Source: Schizochytrium sp. TIO01
Lineage: Eukaryota > Protista > Bigyra: Labyrinthulomycetes
DNA: 64,000 nucleotides
Direction: 5' to 3'
Assembly (NCBI GenBank): GCA_004764695.1
Contig: SMSO01000014.1
Location: 4,412,845 to 4,476,844 of the forward strand
Below, piece after piece: positions 1 through 9,257 of the stretch. The notes under the pieces were generated by a model, which saw only the letters and a program-made list of their open reading frames with translations, was not told where the DNA came from and did not search any database. The translations under genes were made by a program, and so were the position numbers. The first letter of the stretch is position 1; every line of letters starts with the position of its first letter.

Positions 1-2
1 AT

Positions 3-1550
3 ATTGATGACGATGAAGACGGTTTAGAAGACAGCCCTCCTGTGTTACTGGATGTTGCAGATGCAGATGGCAAACCTCAGCAATATGTTTTCGGTAGTCT
101 CCAAATGAGCGATGGGTCATTTTATATGGGTAGTGCATCCCGTAATCTGAGTCAGCGCATGGATAAGAAGATTAAATTTGAACGAAAGCAAGTGGCAATT
201 ATCCCTAAGACAGAAAAGGTCATTTACAGTGGATGGACAGTCAAGCGAATTGTTTCTCGTAAGCGGGCCATTGCATCGATGCTCGAGTCGAAAATCCAGA
301 CGATCGCCTCTGCTTCTCCAGAGGATATATATAAAAGTATGCCAAAGTCTCCCAAATCACCGATTAACTCGCCGGCATCACAAAATGGACGTGTTTCCGG
401 AAATTCGGATGTTAAGCCGTTTGAACAAAGACATTGGAATCAAATGCAGCTTGATTTAATTGGTAAGTCCAGAGAAGAGCAACTCCAAATGCTACGCATC
501 GCAGTCAAAGAAGCGCATGCGGCGGTCAAGGCTGCCGAGCAAGCTGCTGAGGGGGTCTTAAGAACTGTCGCTTACAAGGGTAATAATGGATTCAAAGGGC
601 CTTCTGACTCCGTAAATGCGAAATATCTTCGTCGCAAGTCTGTCTCTGTGAACTTTCACAACCCCCTTCCTGAACGGCATGTACACCATCCTGCCTTACA
701 ACATGATCCCCGTGTAAAACAAGCAAAGTCGCCGAAGACAATAGAGAAAGGCAAGTCTGTTAAAAAGGCGTCTGCAAGTCAGCGATCTACGCAAATGATT
801 AGACAAAAAGTTCGTGATCTAAACGAGGCAGAACAGCATAGTCTTGTTCGAAACAAATCAAACTTGTCTAAATATACAAATACAACAGGAGCTGCCAGTG
901 TGTTTTTTGAAGCAATACGCGTGGAGAAAACAAGACCTGACTATGTTACAGAGCTAGAAATGGCAAATTACCTATCAAAGGACCAGGGAGAAATGTGTGT
1001 TTGCGAAGCTAGCTCTCCAGGCTCTGTATATTCCGTCAATGAGTCTCTTTTTGACTCAAAAAACCCATACAGAATTAAAACGACTGTGAATAATCGACAA
1101 AATCCAGAGAATTGGATTGAAGCTGCGTTACATTGCAGAGGTATGAATATCAAACGCAATGAAGGCTTCTCTTCTATGAATCGCCAGCCTGCACGCCCTC
1201 AAACCGCCCCCGCAAGAAGAACGGGTGCTCCATACAGCTCTCGCGCTTTCTACGACAAAGCCAAAGAGCATCGGAGACCTGTTTCTGCACGCCCTGGCTT
1301 TCATGATTATTTGCGCGCACAAAGCAAATGCCCTCGGTCCTGGCATCGAATTTGCCGCCAAGCTAAGCTTAAATCAAAAAGTGAAGACATACCACAAACA
1401 ACACCCCTGAAGACACCACAAACAAATGATCCAGGAAAATCGCCTGTCATGCAGGAAGTTGTGAATGCGAGAGTGGAAGATCATATTGCAGCAATTCAGA
1501 GAATTATTCATCATTCTGCAGCACCGGGCAAGTATGCCTTGGTTTCCTGA
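3..1550 (+). CDS. Hypothetical basic protein, 5'-truncated by the window edge
   Basis: The frame is open from position 3 (IDDDEDGLEDSPPV...) through the 502-aa ORF to TGA at 1550. It contains RPQTAP/RPVSA motifs but no recognisable domain. Confidence 0.6.
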   Translation: MDDDEDGLEDSPPVLLDVADADGKPQQYVFGSLQMSDGSFYMGSASRNLSQRMDKKIKFERKQVAIIPKTEKVIYSGWTVKRIVSRKRAIASMLESKIQTIASASPEDIYKSMPKSPKSPINSPASQNGRVSGNSDVKPFEQRHWNQMQLDLIGKSREEQLQMLRIAVKEAHAAVKAAEQAAEGVLRTVAYKGNNGFKGPSDSVNAKYLRRKSVSVNFHNPLPERHVHHPALQHDPRVKQAKSPKTIEKGKSVKKASASQRSTQMIRQKVRDLNEAEQHSLVRNKSNLSKYTNTTGAASVFFEAIRVEKTRPDYVTELEMANYLSKDQGEMCVCEASSPGSVYSVNESLFDSKNPYRIKTTVNNRQNPENWIEAALHCRGMNIKRNEGFSSMNRQPARPQTAPARRTGAPYSSRAFYDKAKEHRRPVSARPGFHDYLRAQSKCPRSWHRICRQAKLKSKSEDIPQTTPLKTPQTNDPGKSPVMQEVVNARVEDHIAAIQRIIHHSAAPGKYALVS

Positions 1551-1707
1551 ATACCTCACCAAATATCCTAAATTATCATATTCGTAAAAAAAAAAAACAC
1601 TGTACCTGCCTTCTTATTCTCACTTGTTGTTCATGAGATACAATCACTATGGTTTCCATCAAATGCATATTTACTTTTTAAGTTCTTTGATTGATCTATC
1701 ATACAAT

Positions 1708-4700
1708 TTATGTGAGCTTGGCGCGTTTATTATCATGCTCGGCTTTAAACGCCTCGAGTTCTGCTTCGAGAGCTCGTCGACGCTTTTTTTCCTCTCTGTT
1801 CTTAGCATACAAGCCATCAACAACTTGAACTACTTCTTTCAGAGAATTTCGAGCGGCATCTCGTTTGACCTTAGCTCTTGCTGCAGATGCACGGGCTACA
1901 CCAAGCTCAGCACTAAATTTACTCTGGTTCAGACGCAACTCTGCGTTTGCATCAGTGAGTCTTTTCTTGTAGCGAGCCTTTTCCATCTTGAGCTTTGTAT
2001 TCTTTTTGATTAAAAGTTGCACACGAGCTTCAAGTGATGCAAGAGTCTCTTTCATGTCTTCAGCATCTTTTACGGCTTTATTGCGCATCATCACCTGAGC
2101 TACGTGTTGAGGAATATCATATTGTGAGAGAAAGTGGTGGCTTGTTCGCGGAGGGGTTTGATGAGCTTGCATATTTCCTGGCGGTACAACTGGAGGGGCT
2201 TGTTGAACTGATGATTCATAAAGATGAGCAAATGGGGCCGGTACTATAGGATCTTGAGTATCATAAGCTGGACGAGAATGGGAGACTTGTTTTTGTCGGG
2301 CGGGCTCCTTCCTGCTGATTTTAATAGGTTGTTGCGGTTGCAGCGGCTGTCGTTGCGGTGCGTGTAGTTGTGATGATTGTCGTTTTGATACTTGTTGCTG
2401 TGGTAGCTGGTGATGTTCCTGCTCTAGTGGGCGCGTTTGCGTTGGGTGCTGCTGTATGGGTTGCCGTTGTGGTGATTGATCTAGATCTAATTGGTGTTCT
2501 TGGGTTGGGTATTGTTGCGGTGGTTGTTCTTGCTCGTGCTCATCTCGTTGCAGTTTGTGTTGCTGCCCGTGCTCCTCCTGAGATGGATGATGTTGTGCCT
2601 GTTGTTGCAACACTTGGTGTTGTGGCAATTGCTTTTTTGACGCTTGTTTTTGCGGAGGTTGCTGCTGAGGCAATTGTTTCTTGGAAGACTTTTGTGATTT
2701 ATGTTGCGGCGGTTGCTGCGGCAGCGGTTGTTTCTCAGAAGCTTTTTGTTGTGTTTGTTGCGGTGGTTGCTGATGAGGCAATTGTTTCTTGGAAGACTTT
2801 TGTGATTTATGTTGCGGCGGTTGCTGCGGCAGCGGTTGTTTCTCAGAAGCTTTTTGTTGTGTTTGTTGCGGTGGTTGCTGATGAGGCAATTGTTCCTTGG
2901 AAGCTTTTTGCGATTTATGTTGCGGTGGTTGCTGCGGCAGCGGTTGTTTCTCGGAAGCGTTTTGTTGTGTTTGTTGCGGCCGTTGCTGCTGAGGCGATTG
3001 TTTCTCGGAAGCTTTTTGCGATTTATGTTGCGGTGATCGCTGCTGCAGCGATTGTTTCTCAGAAGCTTTTTGTTGTGTTTGTTGCGGTGGTTGCTGCTGC
3101 ACAGATTGCTTCTCAGAAGATTTTTGTTGTGTTTGTTGCGGTTGAGATGATTGCGATGGACGCTGTCGCGACTCTTGTTGCGATGTTTGTTGCTTTGGTT
3201 CTTGCATTTCTGCATTTTCTTCCTCATCACTGCTATCACTATCAAACGCTCCACCTGCGTACATATAATCATCATCACCAGGGACGGCTTCCGGAGGCAT
3301 TGGAATATCCGAGAGATCTCCAGGTTTCTCTAGAGTCTGTTCAACTGGAGTTGTTCCGGTTATGGAAGGAGACATCGAAATAGCAGCTGGAGTATTGCTT
3401 ACGCTACCTTCATGTGCTGTAGACGTTGCTCTAGAAGTGAAATAAGAAGTGATTTTTGTCGAACCGTCTTCTGGCACAGTTGAGGATGCTACCCGATTAG
3501 TCGTTGGTACAGATGCAATGCGGCTGTCAGATAAACCCTGCACTGGAGCCGGGATATTTGAAGGCGAAAAAGAGTTGGTAGAGTATGGGATTTGATCATT
3601 GGGCCCTAAGTTGTGGCTTCCGAAACCTGGTTGGAGATTCTGCTGCAAAGCATCCATAGACATCATCTGACTAATGTCAGATGAACCATAGTATGAACCG
3701 AATTGTTGCATATACTCATTGTAGTTGATGCAATTGTTCAGTGTAGGCGATTGATAATTATGTCCAGGGGTTTGTCGTGGTAATGGCGAATTCATCTGCG
3801 CATAATAGTCAGAAAGCCCCTCATCTGCTGAAGAAGCAACCGTCATATTAGCTCTAGCCAAGATCTGCTTTATGGCATTCCTATTGGTTGTCATAGCTCC
3901 AGCTTCTATTTGTGCTGATATGTTCTGAGCATGAGGAAGTCCTTCGCGTGAGGAGTGAGCATGTTGTTGGTATTGTTGTTGGTAAAGCTGCTGGTAATGC
4001 TGCTGGTAAAGCTGCTGGTAATGCTGCTGGTATTGCTGCTGGTATTGCTGCTGGTATTGCTGCTGGTATTGCTGCTGGTATTGCTGCTGATATTGTTGTG
4101 GATGATGATGCTGTTGCTGCTGGTATTGTTGTATTAGGGTTCCCGTTGACAATCCTGGAGTAGAGCTATCTTGCTGACGAAACAAACGATTCATAGCAGC
4201 ATTCTGAGCCTCTTGACACAGACGCGAGTAAAGAATCAAAAACTCTTCAAGTACAGAGTCGCATACTTTAGTATCCTCCTGCCAGTCACTTGTAAGTGTT
4301 GCAAGAGTTTTTGCCACAGCTACAACAAACAAAGGCATGCTCGTAAACACTCCTCCATTGTTGTCGTTTTGTGAGACCGTGAAGCCCCTCGCTCGGACCT
4401 GAGGCAATGTAATCAAATATTTGATCCCTTCTTTCATTTCTTCCGGAGATATGGGGCATGATATGATTTGGCGGAGTGTCTCGAAATGGTTGGGGTTCAT
4501 CAAAGTAAGACATACAGCACCACCAATTGGCAACTGATTACTCATGTGCAAAAGCTCGATGAGGATAGACTCAACATTTTCTGTAGCAAGGGACGATTGT
4601 CCGAATCCTCCTACACTTTCTGCTGGACCAAGATTTTGAGAACCAGAGGCACCATGAGTGCCTGACACTGGAGAGGGTGATGCAGTACAAACAGTAGCAG

Positions 4701-7104
4701 TAGGCTTTGCCTCCGGTGCAGGTTGCGAATTGTTGAGATCCAAACCTTGAAAGATACCATCCTCAAGCTGTTCGCCCATGTTTTCTGACCAAGATGACGA
4801 AAGGGCTGATACTGCTCGCGTACGACTCCCAGACGCATGAGAGGACCCTGGTCCTTTGACTAATCCAACACCCTCTAAAAGACCGGTTAGAGAAGAATTG
4901 TCATCTCCTGCCAGACTAGAAATCTGTGAGAATGATCGGTTCCGAGGCACTGACGCCGGTCCTGTAATGCGTACTTCATCGTATGAAGACGCCGTGCGTG
5001 CAGCACTTGACTTGGGCTTAGCAGCGGATGAATGGTCAACATTCGCCTCTGTACTAGACGAAGTCTCTTCTGAAATCGGGTCGAGGCGAGTAGGGCAATC
5101 TCCACCATCATGGTTGCTATCTCTATCGATATCTTTGATCGGCGATGAACAAGGTCCAGGGGAATCTTTCGTGGCTGCGTCTATTCTGCTTTGAGACTGC
5201 AGTCCAGAGGCCGATCCTACAGATTGCGGGGCTGACAATGGCGTGTTATTACTTGGTTCCTCCTCACCGTCGTTTCTGCCATGGTCATTTGCGGTCTTGG
5301 CGCTTCGAAGCCGCCTCCGGATAGTGTCCGGTGGGCTATCAAGCCGAATCTTTTTCCCTGGAGAATTCGAGGGTGGGGCTGTGCTTGTGCTTTTGAAGGG
5401 TAAAGTTCCAATGGATTGAGGCTCGTTCAAATCTGCTTTGTCAACATCTTGCTTAGAAGCGTGATCAACATTATTTTTCTCTTCGACAATTTCTTTTTGA
5501 GAAGGTTTTGGTGTCTGATCATTATCCTTTTTGTTAGGCAATGTCTTCTGCTGGCCGTCTAGATGTTCCTCATCAATGTCCATCTTGTTGCTCTGGTCTA
5601 AAGAATGGCTGGCCAAATCTGAATGAATATTACCATGAACAGATCGTTGTGGTCTCTGGGAAGGCATTTCATCTATTAAGGTAGTTGTCTTTTCATAGTC
5701 CTTTGTGCCTTGATTCGTGCGTGGTGAAGCATGAATCTTCTGTGGTGAAACCTGCTGGTCATTGCTATCAGAAGACTTGACATCCTCTAAGCTGGTTTTG
5801 TCTTGAGATAATTGCATTTGGGAAGTAGACAGGCTCTGCTCTGGAGATTTGAAGCGGGGCGATCGCCTTTTCACTTTGGCAGGATTTGAGTGAGCCCTGC
5901 CTTGACGTGATGGCGTCTCGAGATTTCGGTGATCTTTGTGCTCTGCATCATCCTGATAGCCATCTGAATTCCAATTATCTTCTTGATCATTCTGGTGGTC
6001 ATCTGAATCTCTGCTGTCTTCTTGTTGGTCCTCATCAGCACTCATTTGTTGAGCATCATTAGCATCATGAACAACATATTGATTATGAGCGGCCTGCTCC
6101 TCCCTTTCTGTTTCATCAGGTAGATGTAGTAATGGTTGGCCAAGAGATGAAGACGACGATGATCTCGAGGGCTGGCTCCAGGTAGTCCTGTTAAATGATT
6201 GAGGGGCCTGATCTCCACGCGAATTTGCAGACCCTCTGAAGGAGACTCGTTCTCTTCTCTGAGATGTTGGGGTTGAGGTACGTGCAAGTTCATACTGACT
6301 TATCTTTGATAACTTTTGATATTGTAACTTCTTGGAGTAGTCTAATTGTGGGTCTCTTGGCCAATAACTGTCCTTGGAACTAAGATCTTTCACAGCATCT
6401 AAATTACTCCTCTTTTGATACTCCAAACTGGACGTTTTCACTTTAGCGTGGTGCGGTTTAGGAAGTTGATCAGGAACTACCAGTGTCCATTTATTTCCCT
6501 GCGAGTCTGTAAAGATATCGTCTTCGACTGACGTATGTACTCCAACTAGATACCTTGTATCCATCTGGATTTTCTTGCCGCCTTTGCGCCTGAATAGATC
6601 TACTTCAAAATGTCCTCTCCAAATCCTCGGTCTAGAACGTTTGTTGATTTCATCTTCCTGAATGCCGAGATAGAAGCACCACCGATTTCTCAAGAACGGT
6701 ATCATTTCTTGATACGGTGTTGTCGGTTTCGCAACAGGTCGTGGTAAGCTTACATTCCCCGCTAAAACGTGATCAATAGGGCAGTAATACCTGCTCGCTT
6801 CGCACGATTTCCACCCGCACATACAGTTAACAACATCACTAGAGCCGCAGATCATCGCTGAAGGTCCAAAGCCGCCAAGGTCTAGTACAGCATCAGATTT
6901 CTTAGGCGCTGGTTTCGCATGTGACCTGTTCCTTTTCGGGGCTGTGTCTAGAGGGGCGTTTGTGAGAGTTGATTTCTTTCTCCTCTTTTGAGCATGCGAG
7001 GGCAACGTTGACAACTCCAACACCGCCGCGGTTGAAGGTGTATCGCTGGCTTGGACCACCGCGGCATTGCATGCCAGGGCAGTCAGGTCTTCATCGTCCT
7101 CCAT
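1708..7104 (-). CDS. Large low-complexity Q/S/P-rich protein (1798 aa) with a Cys/His-containing (possibly THAP-like) N-terminal domain and a C-terminal coiled coil
   Basis: Uninterrupted 5.4-kb ATG ORF. N-terminus has CMCGWKSC...LP...RNRW...RIWRGHF; C-terminus is heptad-rich (LASLEARVQLLIKK...LEAELEAFK). Confidence 0.75.
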   Translation of the reverse strand: MEDDEDLTALACNAAVVQASDTPSTAAVLELSTLPSHAQKRRKKSTLTNAPLDTAPKRNRSHAKPAPKKSDAVLDLGGFGPSAMICGSSDVVNCMCGWKSCEASRYYCPIDHVLAGNVSLPRPVAKPTTPYQEMIPFLRNRWCFYLGIQEDEINKRSRPRIWRGHFEVDLFRRKGGKKIQMDTRYLVGVHTSVEDDIFTDSQGNKWTLVVPDQLPKPHHAKVKTSSLEYQKRSNLDAVKDLSSKDSYWPRDPQLDYSKKLQYQKLSKISQYELARTSTPTSQRRERVSFRGSANSRGDQAPQSFNRTTWSQPSRSSSSSSLGQPLLHLPDETEREEQAAHNQYVVHDANDAQQMSADEDQQEDSRDSDDHQNDQEDNWNSDGYQDDAEHKDHRNLETPSRQGRAHSNPAKVKRRSPRFKSPEQSLSTSQMQLSQDKTSLEDVKSSDSNDQQVSPQKIHASPRTNQGTKDYEKTTTLIDEMPSQRPQRSVHGNIHSDLASHSLDQSNKMDIDEEHLDGQQKTLPNKKDNDQTPKPSQKEIVEEKNNVDHASKQDVDKADLNEPQSIGTLPFKSTSTAPPSNSPGKKIRLDSPPDTIRRRLRSAKTANDHGRNDGEEEPSNNTPLSAPQSVGSASGLQSQSRIDAATKDSPGPCSSPIKDIDRDSNHDGGDCPTRLDPISEETSSSTEANVDHSSAAKPKSSAARTASSYDEVRITGPASVPRNRSFSQISSLAGDDNSSLTGLLEGVGLVKGPGSSHASGSRTRAVSALSSSWSENMGEQLEDGIFQGLDLNNSQPAPEAKPTATVCTASPSPVSGTHGASGSQNLGPAESVGGFGQSSLATENVESILIELLHMSNQLPIGGAVCLTLMNPNHFETLRQIISCPISPEEMKEGIKYLITLPQVRARGFTVSQNDNNGGVFTSMPLFVVAVAKTLATLTSDWQEDTKVCDSVLEEFLILYSRLCQEAQNAAMNRLFRQQDSSTPGLSTGTLIQQYQQQQHHHPQQYQQQYQQQYQQQYQQQYQQQYQQHYQQLYQQHYQQLYQQQYQQHAHSSREGLPHAQNISAQIEAGAMTTNRNAIKQILARANMTVASSADEGLSDYYAQMNSPLPRQTPGHNYQSPTLNNCINYNEYMQQFGSYYGSSDISQMMSMDALQQNLQPGFGSHNLGPNDQIPYSTNSFSPSNIPAPVQGLSDSRIASVPTTNRVASSTVPEDGSTKITSYFTSRATSTAHEGSVSNTPAAISMSPSITGTTPVEQTLEKPGDLSDIPMPPEAVPGDDDYMYAGGAFDSDSSDEEENAEMQEPKQQTSQQESRQRPSQSSQPQQTQQKSSEKQSVQQQPPQQTQQKASEKQSLQQRSPQHKSQKASEKQSPQQQRPQQTQQNASEKQPLPQQPPQHKSQKASKEQLPHQQPPQQTQQKASEKQPLPQQPPQHKSQKSSKKQLPHQQPPQQTQQKASEKQPLPQQPPQHKSQKSSKKQLPQQQPPQKQASKKQLPQHQVLQQQAQHHPSQEEHGQQHKLQRDEHEQEQPPQQYPTQEHQLDLDQSPQRQPIQQHPTQTRPLEQEHHQLPQQQVSKRQSSQLHAPQRQPLQPQQPIKISRKEPARQKQVSHSRPAYDTQDPIVPAPFAHLYESSVQQAPPVVPPGNMQAHQTPPRTSHHFLSQYDIPQHVAQVMMRNKAVKDAEDMKETLASLEARVQLLIKKNTKLKMEKARYKKRLTDANAELRLNQSKFSAELGVARASAARAKVKRDAARNSLKEVVQVVDGLYAKNREEKKRRRALEAELEAFKAEHDNKRAKLT
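2640..3140 (-). repeat. Coding minisatellite with ~60-bp units (QQPPQQTQQKASEKQPLP-type 20-aa repeat)
   Basis: About 8 consecutive 60-nt lines are near-identical, alternating two variants (QTQQK / HKSQK). Confidence 0.85.
3962..4133 (-). repeat. Coding 12-bp repeat encoding (QQQY)n
   Basis: Tandem TGCTGGTATTGC-type units on the + strand; the protein reads QQYQQQYQQQY... Confidence 0.85.
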
Positions 7105-8705
7105 CGCTCCGAGAGTTTGAGTTTGAGTTCTGCCATCAATTTCAATTCTTCACGAGCAATCGCCACTCGTGTCAATTGTGGCATTTGTGCTTCCTTCATT
7201 CTAATCAATTTCGTACGTGTTTCTACAATCTAAGATGTCTCTAGATTAGCTCCTCGTTTGTTTGTTTGTGTACCAAATCAGGCGTGAAGTGCAGGCTCCC
7301 GTAGGCTCTCCAGGATAACCGACGCATTGTCACTGGCGCCACTGAGAAGCGGCATTATTCTGTTGGCTTCGCAGTTAGGTTGGAATTGCATGAGTGGTGA
7401 GTCTACTAGGAAGGAAGGAAGGAAGGAAGGAAGCTTTCATTCATTCCAGATACATTGAGTCCACTAAAATAGACCCTTTTTAGAATAGGTCTGCCTTGTT
7501 CCATATCCCAAGTTCTCTATTCTTGTCTAGCTTTTAGCCTATATATTTTATTTTGTTCAACTATTTTTTTAATAAAAATAGTTTCGGACAGCCTCAAATT
7601 TTCGTTAAGGGTGACCAGAACTTCATGAGCATAACACTTAATTGGTCTCGGGTCATTTCGCCTGAGAGACGATTTTATTGAGAGGGTTTGTAATTGAAGA
7701 CGCACAGGACGAGTCTCTGATAAGTGCAGTAGTATTAATTGTCGAAGCGATTTTGTAGCAGTGTGGTGGTTATTGTAAGATTTTGTGGGGTTGCTGACAC
7801 TGAAGAGGTCTGATTGATTGGTGGTTTCTGCGCATTGGGTGCTGTCGCAAAACATGGAGGACCATGTAATGAATAGCTTTAAAAAAAAGAAGATGTTCAA
7901 AATAATGGGGGTGTTGGCTGTTCTCTAGCACTAGTAGGCTATTGCATCTCAAGTCATAATACTCACAGGCCGTCAGAAAGCATCAGCATTGGAAAAGACT
8001 AATTTTGGAGAAACCGTGCCTTGATTTGAGGCGCAGTTTCAGCAAATGCTTTGACAGTGTCGCCTTTTACTATCCTTGGACACTATCCTTTGAAACTCAA
8101 AAGACAACAATAGGAACTGTTTCTGGGATAATAATAATAATAACAATGATGATGAGGGATTGAAGCTGTCGATCATCCTTGTATCAATCCAGTTCGACAT
8201 CTCTTTGCTTTCTCGTTCAACTATAGATATCACCCACGCAGGAGAATGTGCATTAAAGCCGGTTGGTTTATTCTATCGCTTTCTATGGTAGACAGGATGC
8301 CCCTTCTACGTATCTTTGCCTGTTCAGCAGCGGCCAGTAGCTCGACGACGGGTAGAAAGATTCATAAAACTACTTTGATCAGAAGAGGTTAAATTTAGAG
8401 ATCGTGGGAAAGAGGACCAACATCAGAAGCAGAGTCTGTTTCATAACTTTAAAAATAGAGAGGGATCAGGGAATTGCGCGCACAAAGTATTAGCTTTAAC
8501 AGCTTATAGTTGCGTTGTAGATGGACGCATAGCGCGCAATATTGTGCAGTAAGTTGCTGCATGTTCAGCTAAATATATGACCTCAGAGTAAAGGATTTGT
8601 ATGCAATAGATATATAGATAGATGTGTTCGACGTAGGGCAAAAACGATCTTGCGATTTCGTTTCGCTAAGCAAAAAGCTTATTCTGATTTACAATCACGA
8701 AATAG

Positions 8706-9257
8706 CTATGCTTTGGCGAAGAGAATTTCGTGGATATCTTGTGGGGCTTGCGTGCGAGTATGGGTCGCAGACACTTCCGGCATTGTTGCAGCGGATGATG
8801 TGGGCGAAGAAGCGGGCGTTGAAGAAGTTGCCTTTGCAGTCTCTGCACGAACTCTTGCATCACCTTGACTGGCCTCTGGCATGCGCTCAGCATCTTCGTC
8901 GCTTAGCTTCGAGGGTGCGTACAGTCGAACAAGATACCAAATAAAAAGAAGAACTCCAACCAAAAATACAAAACCAAGAACGATCGGGAGAATGAGAATC
9001 TCTCCGTTGTGATTACCATACATGCAGTCGAGACGACTGTTGTAGGATTGCCAGCTAAGAGTCGTGGGGCTACACTCCCCACTCGAATCAGACAAGCAAT
9101 ATGAAGATTCTGAGGAATTGTCTTCTTGCGCAGCACACCAGGTGAACCCTGATTTCACGCACTGTGTGCATTCATCTGCCACAGCAGAGCCTACCACCAC
9201 GGCCACAGTGCAGCAGCGGAGCCATATACTGCGACTCTTCGTCTGGATTTCCCTCAT
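8706..9257 (-). CDS. Small single-pass membrane protein with a Cys-rich (PSI-like) ectodomain
   Basis: Hydrophobic signal-like stretch (CCTVAVVVGSAVA), then CTQC...WC...YC...C...C, a TM helix (ILILPIVLGFVFLVGVLLFIWYLV) and an S/T-rich tail. The ORF track starts at a TTG (9290); the first ATG is at about 9257. Confidence 0.65.
   Translation of the reverse strand: MREIQTKSRSIWLRCCTVAVVVGSAVADECTQCVKSGFTWCAAQEDNSSESSYCLSDSSGECSPTTLSWQSYNSRLDCMYGNHNGEILILPIVLGFVFLVGVLLFIWYLVRLYAPSKLSDEDAERMPEASQGDARVRAETAKATSSTPASSPTSSAATMPEVSATHTRTQAPQDIHEILFAKA

Noticed and set aside
2358-3383. 341-aa hydrophobic V/A-rich ORF resembling a membrane protein
   Set aside because: Antisense translation of the Gln-rich repeat in the 1798-aa gene.
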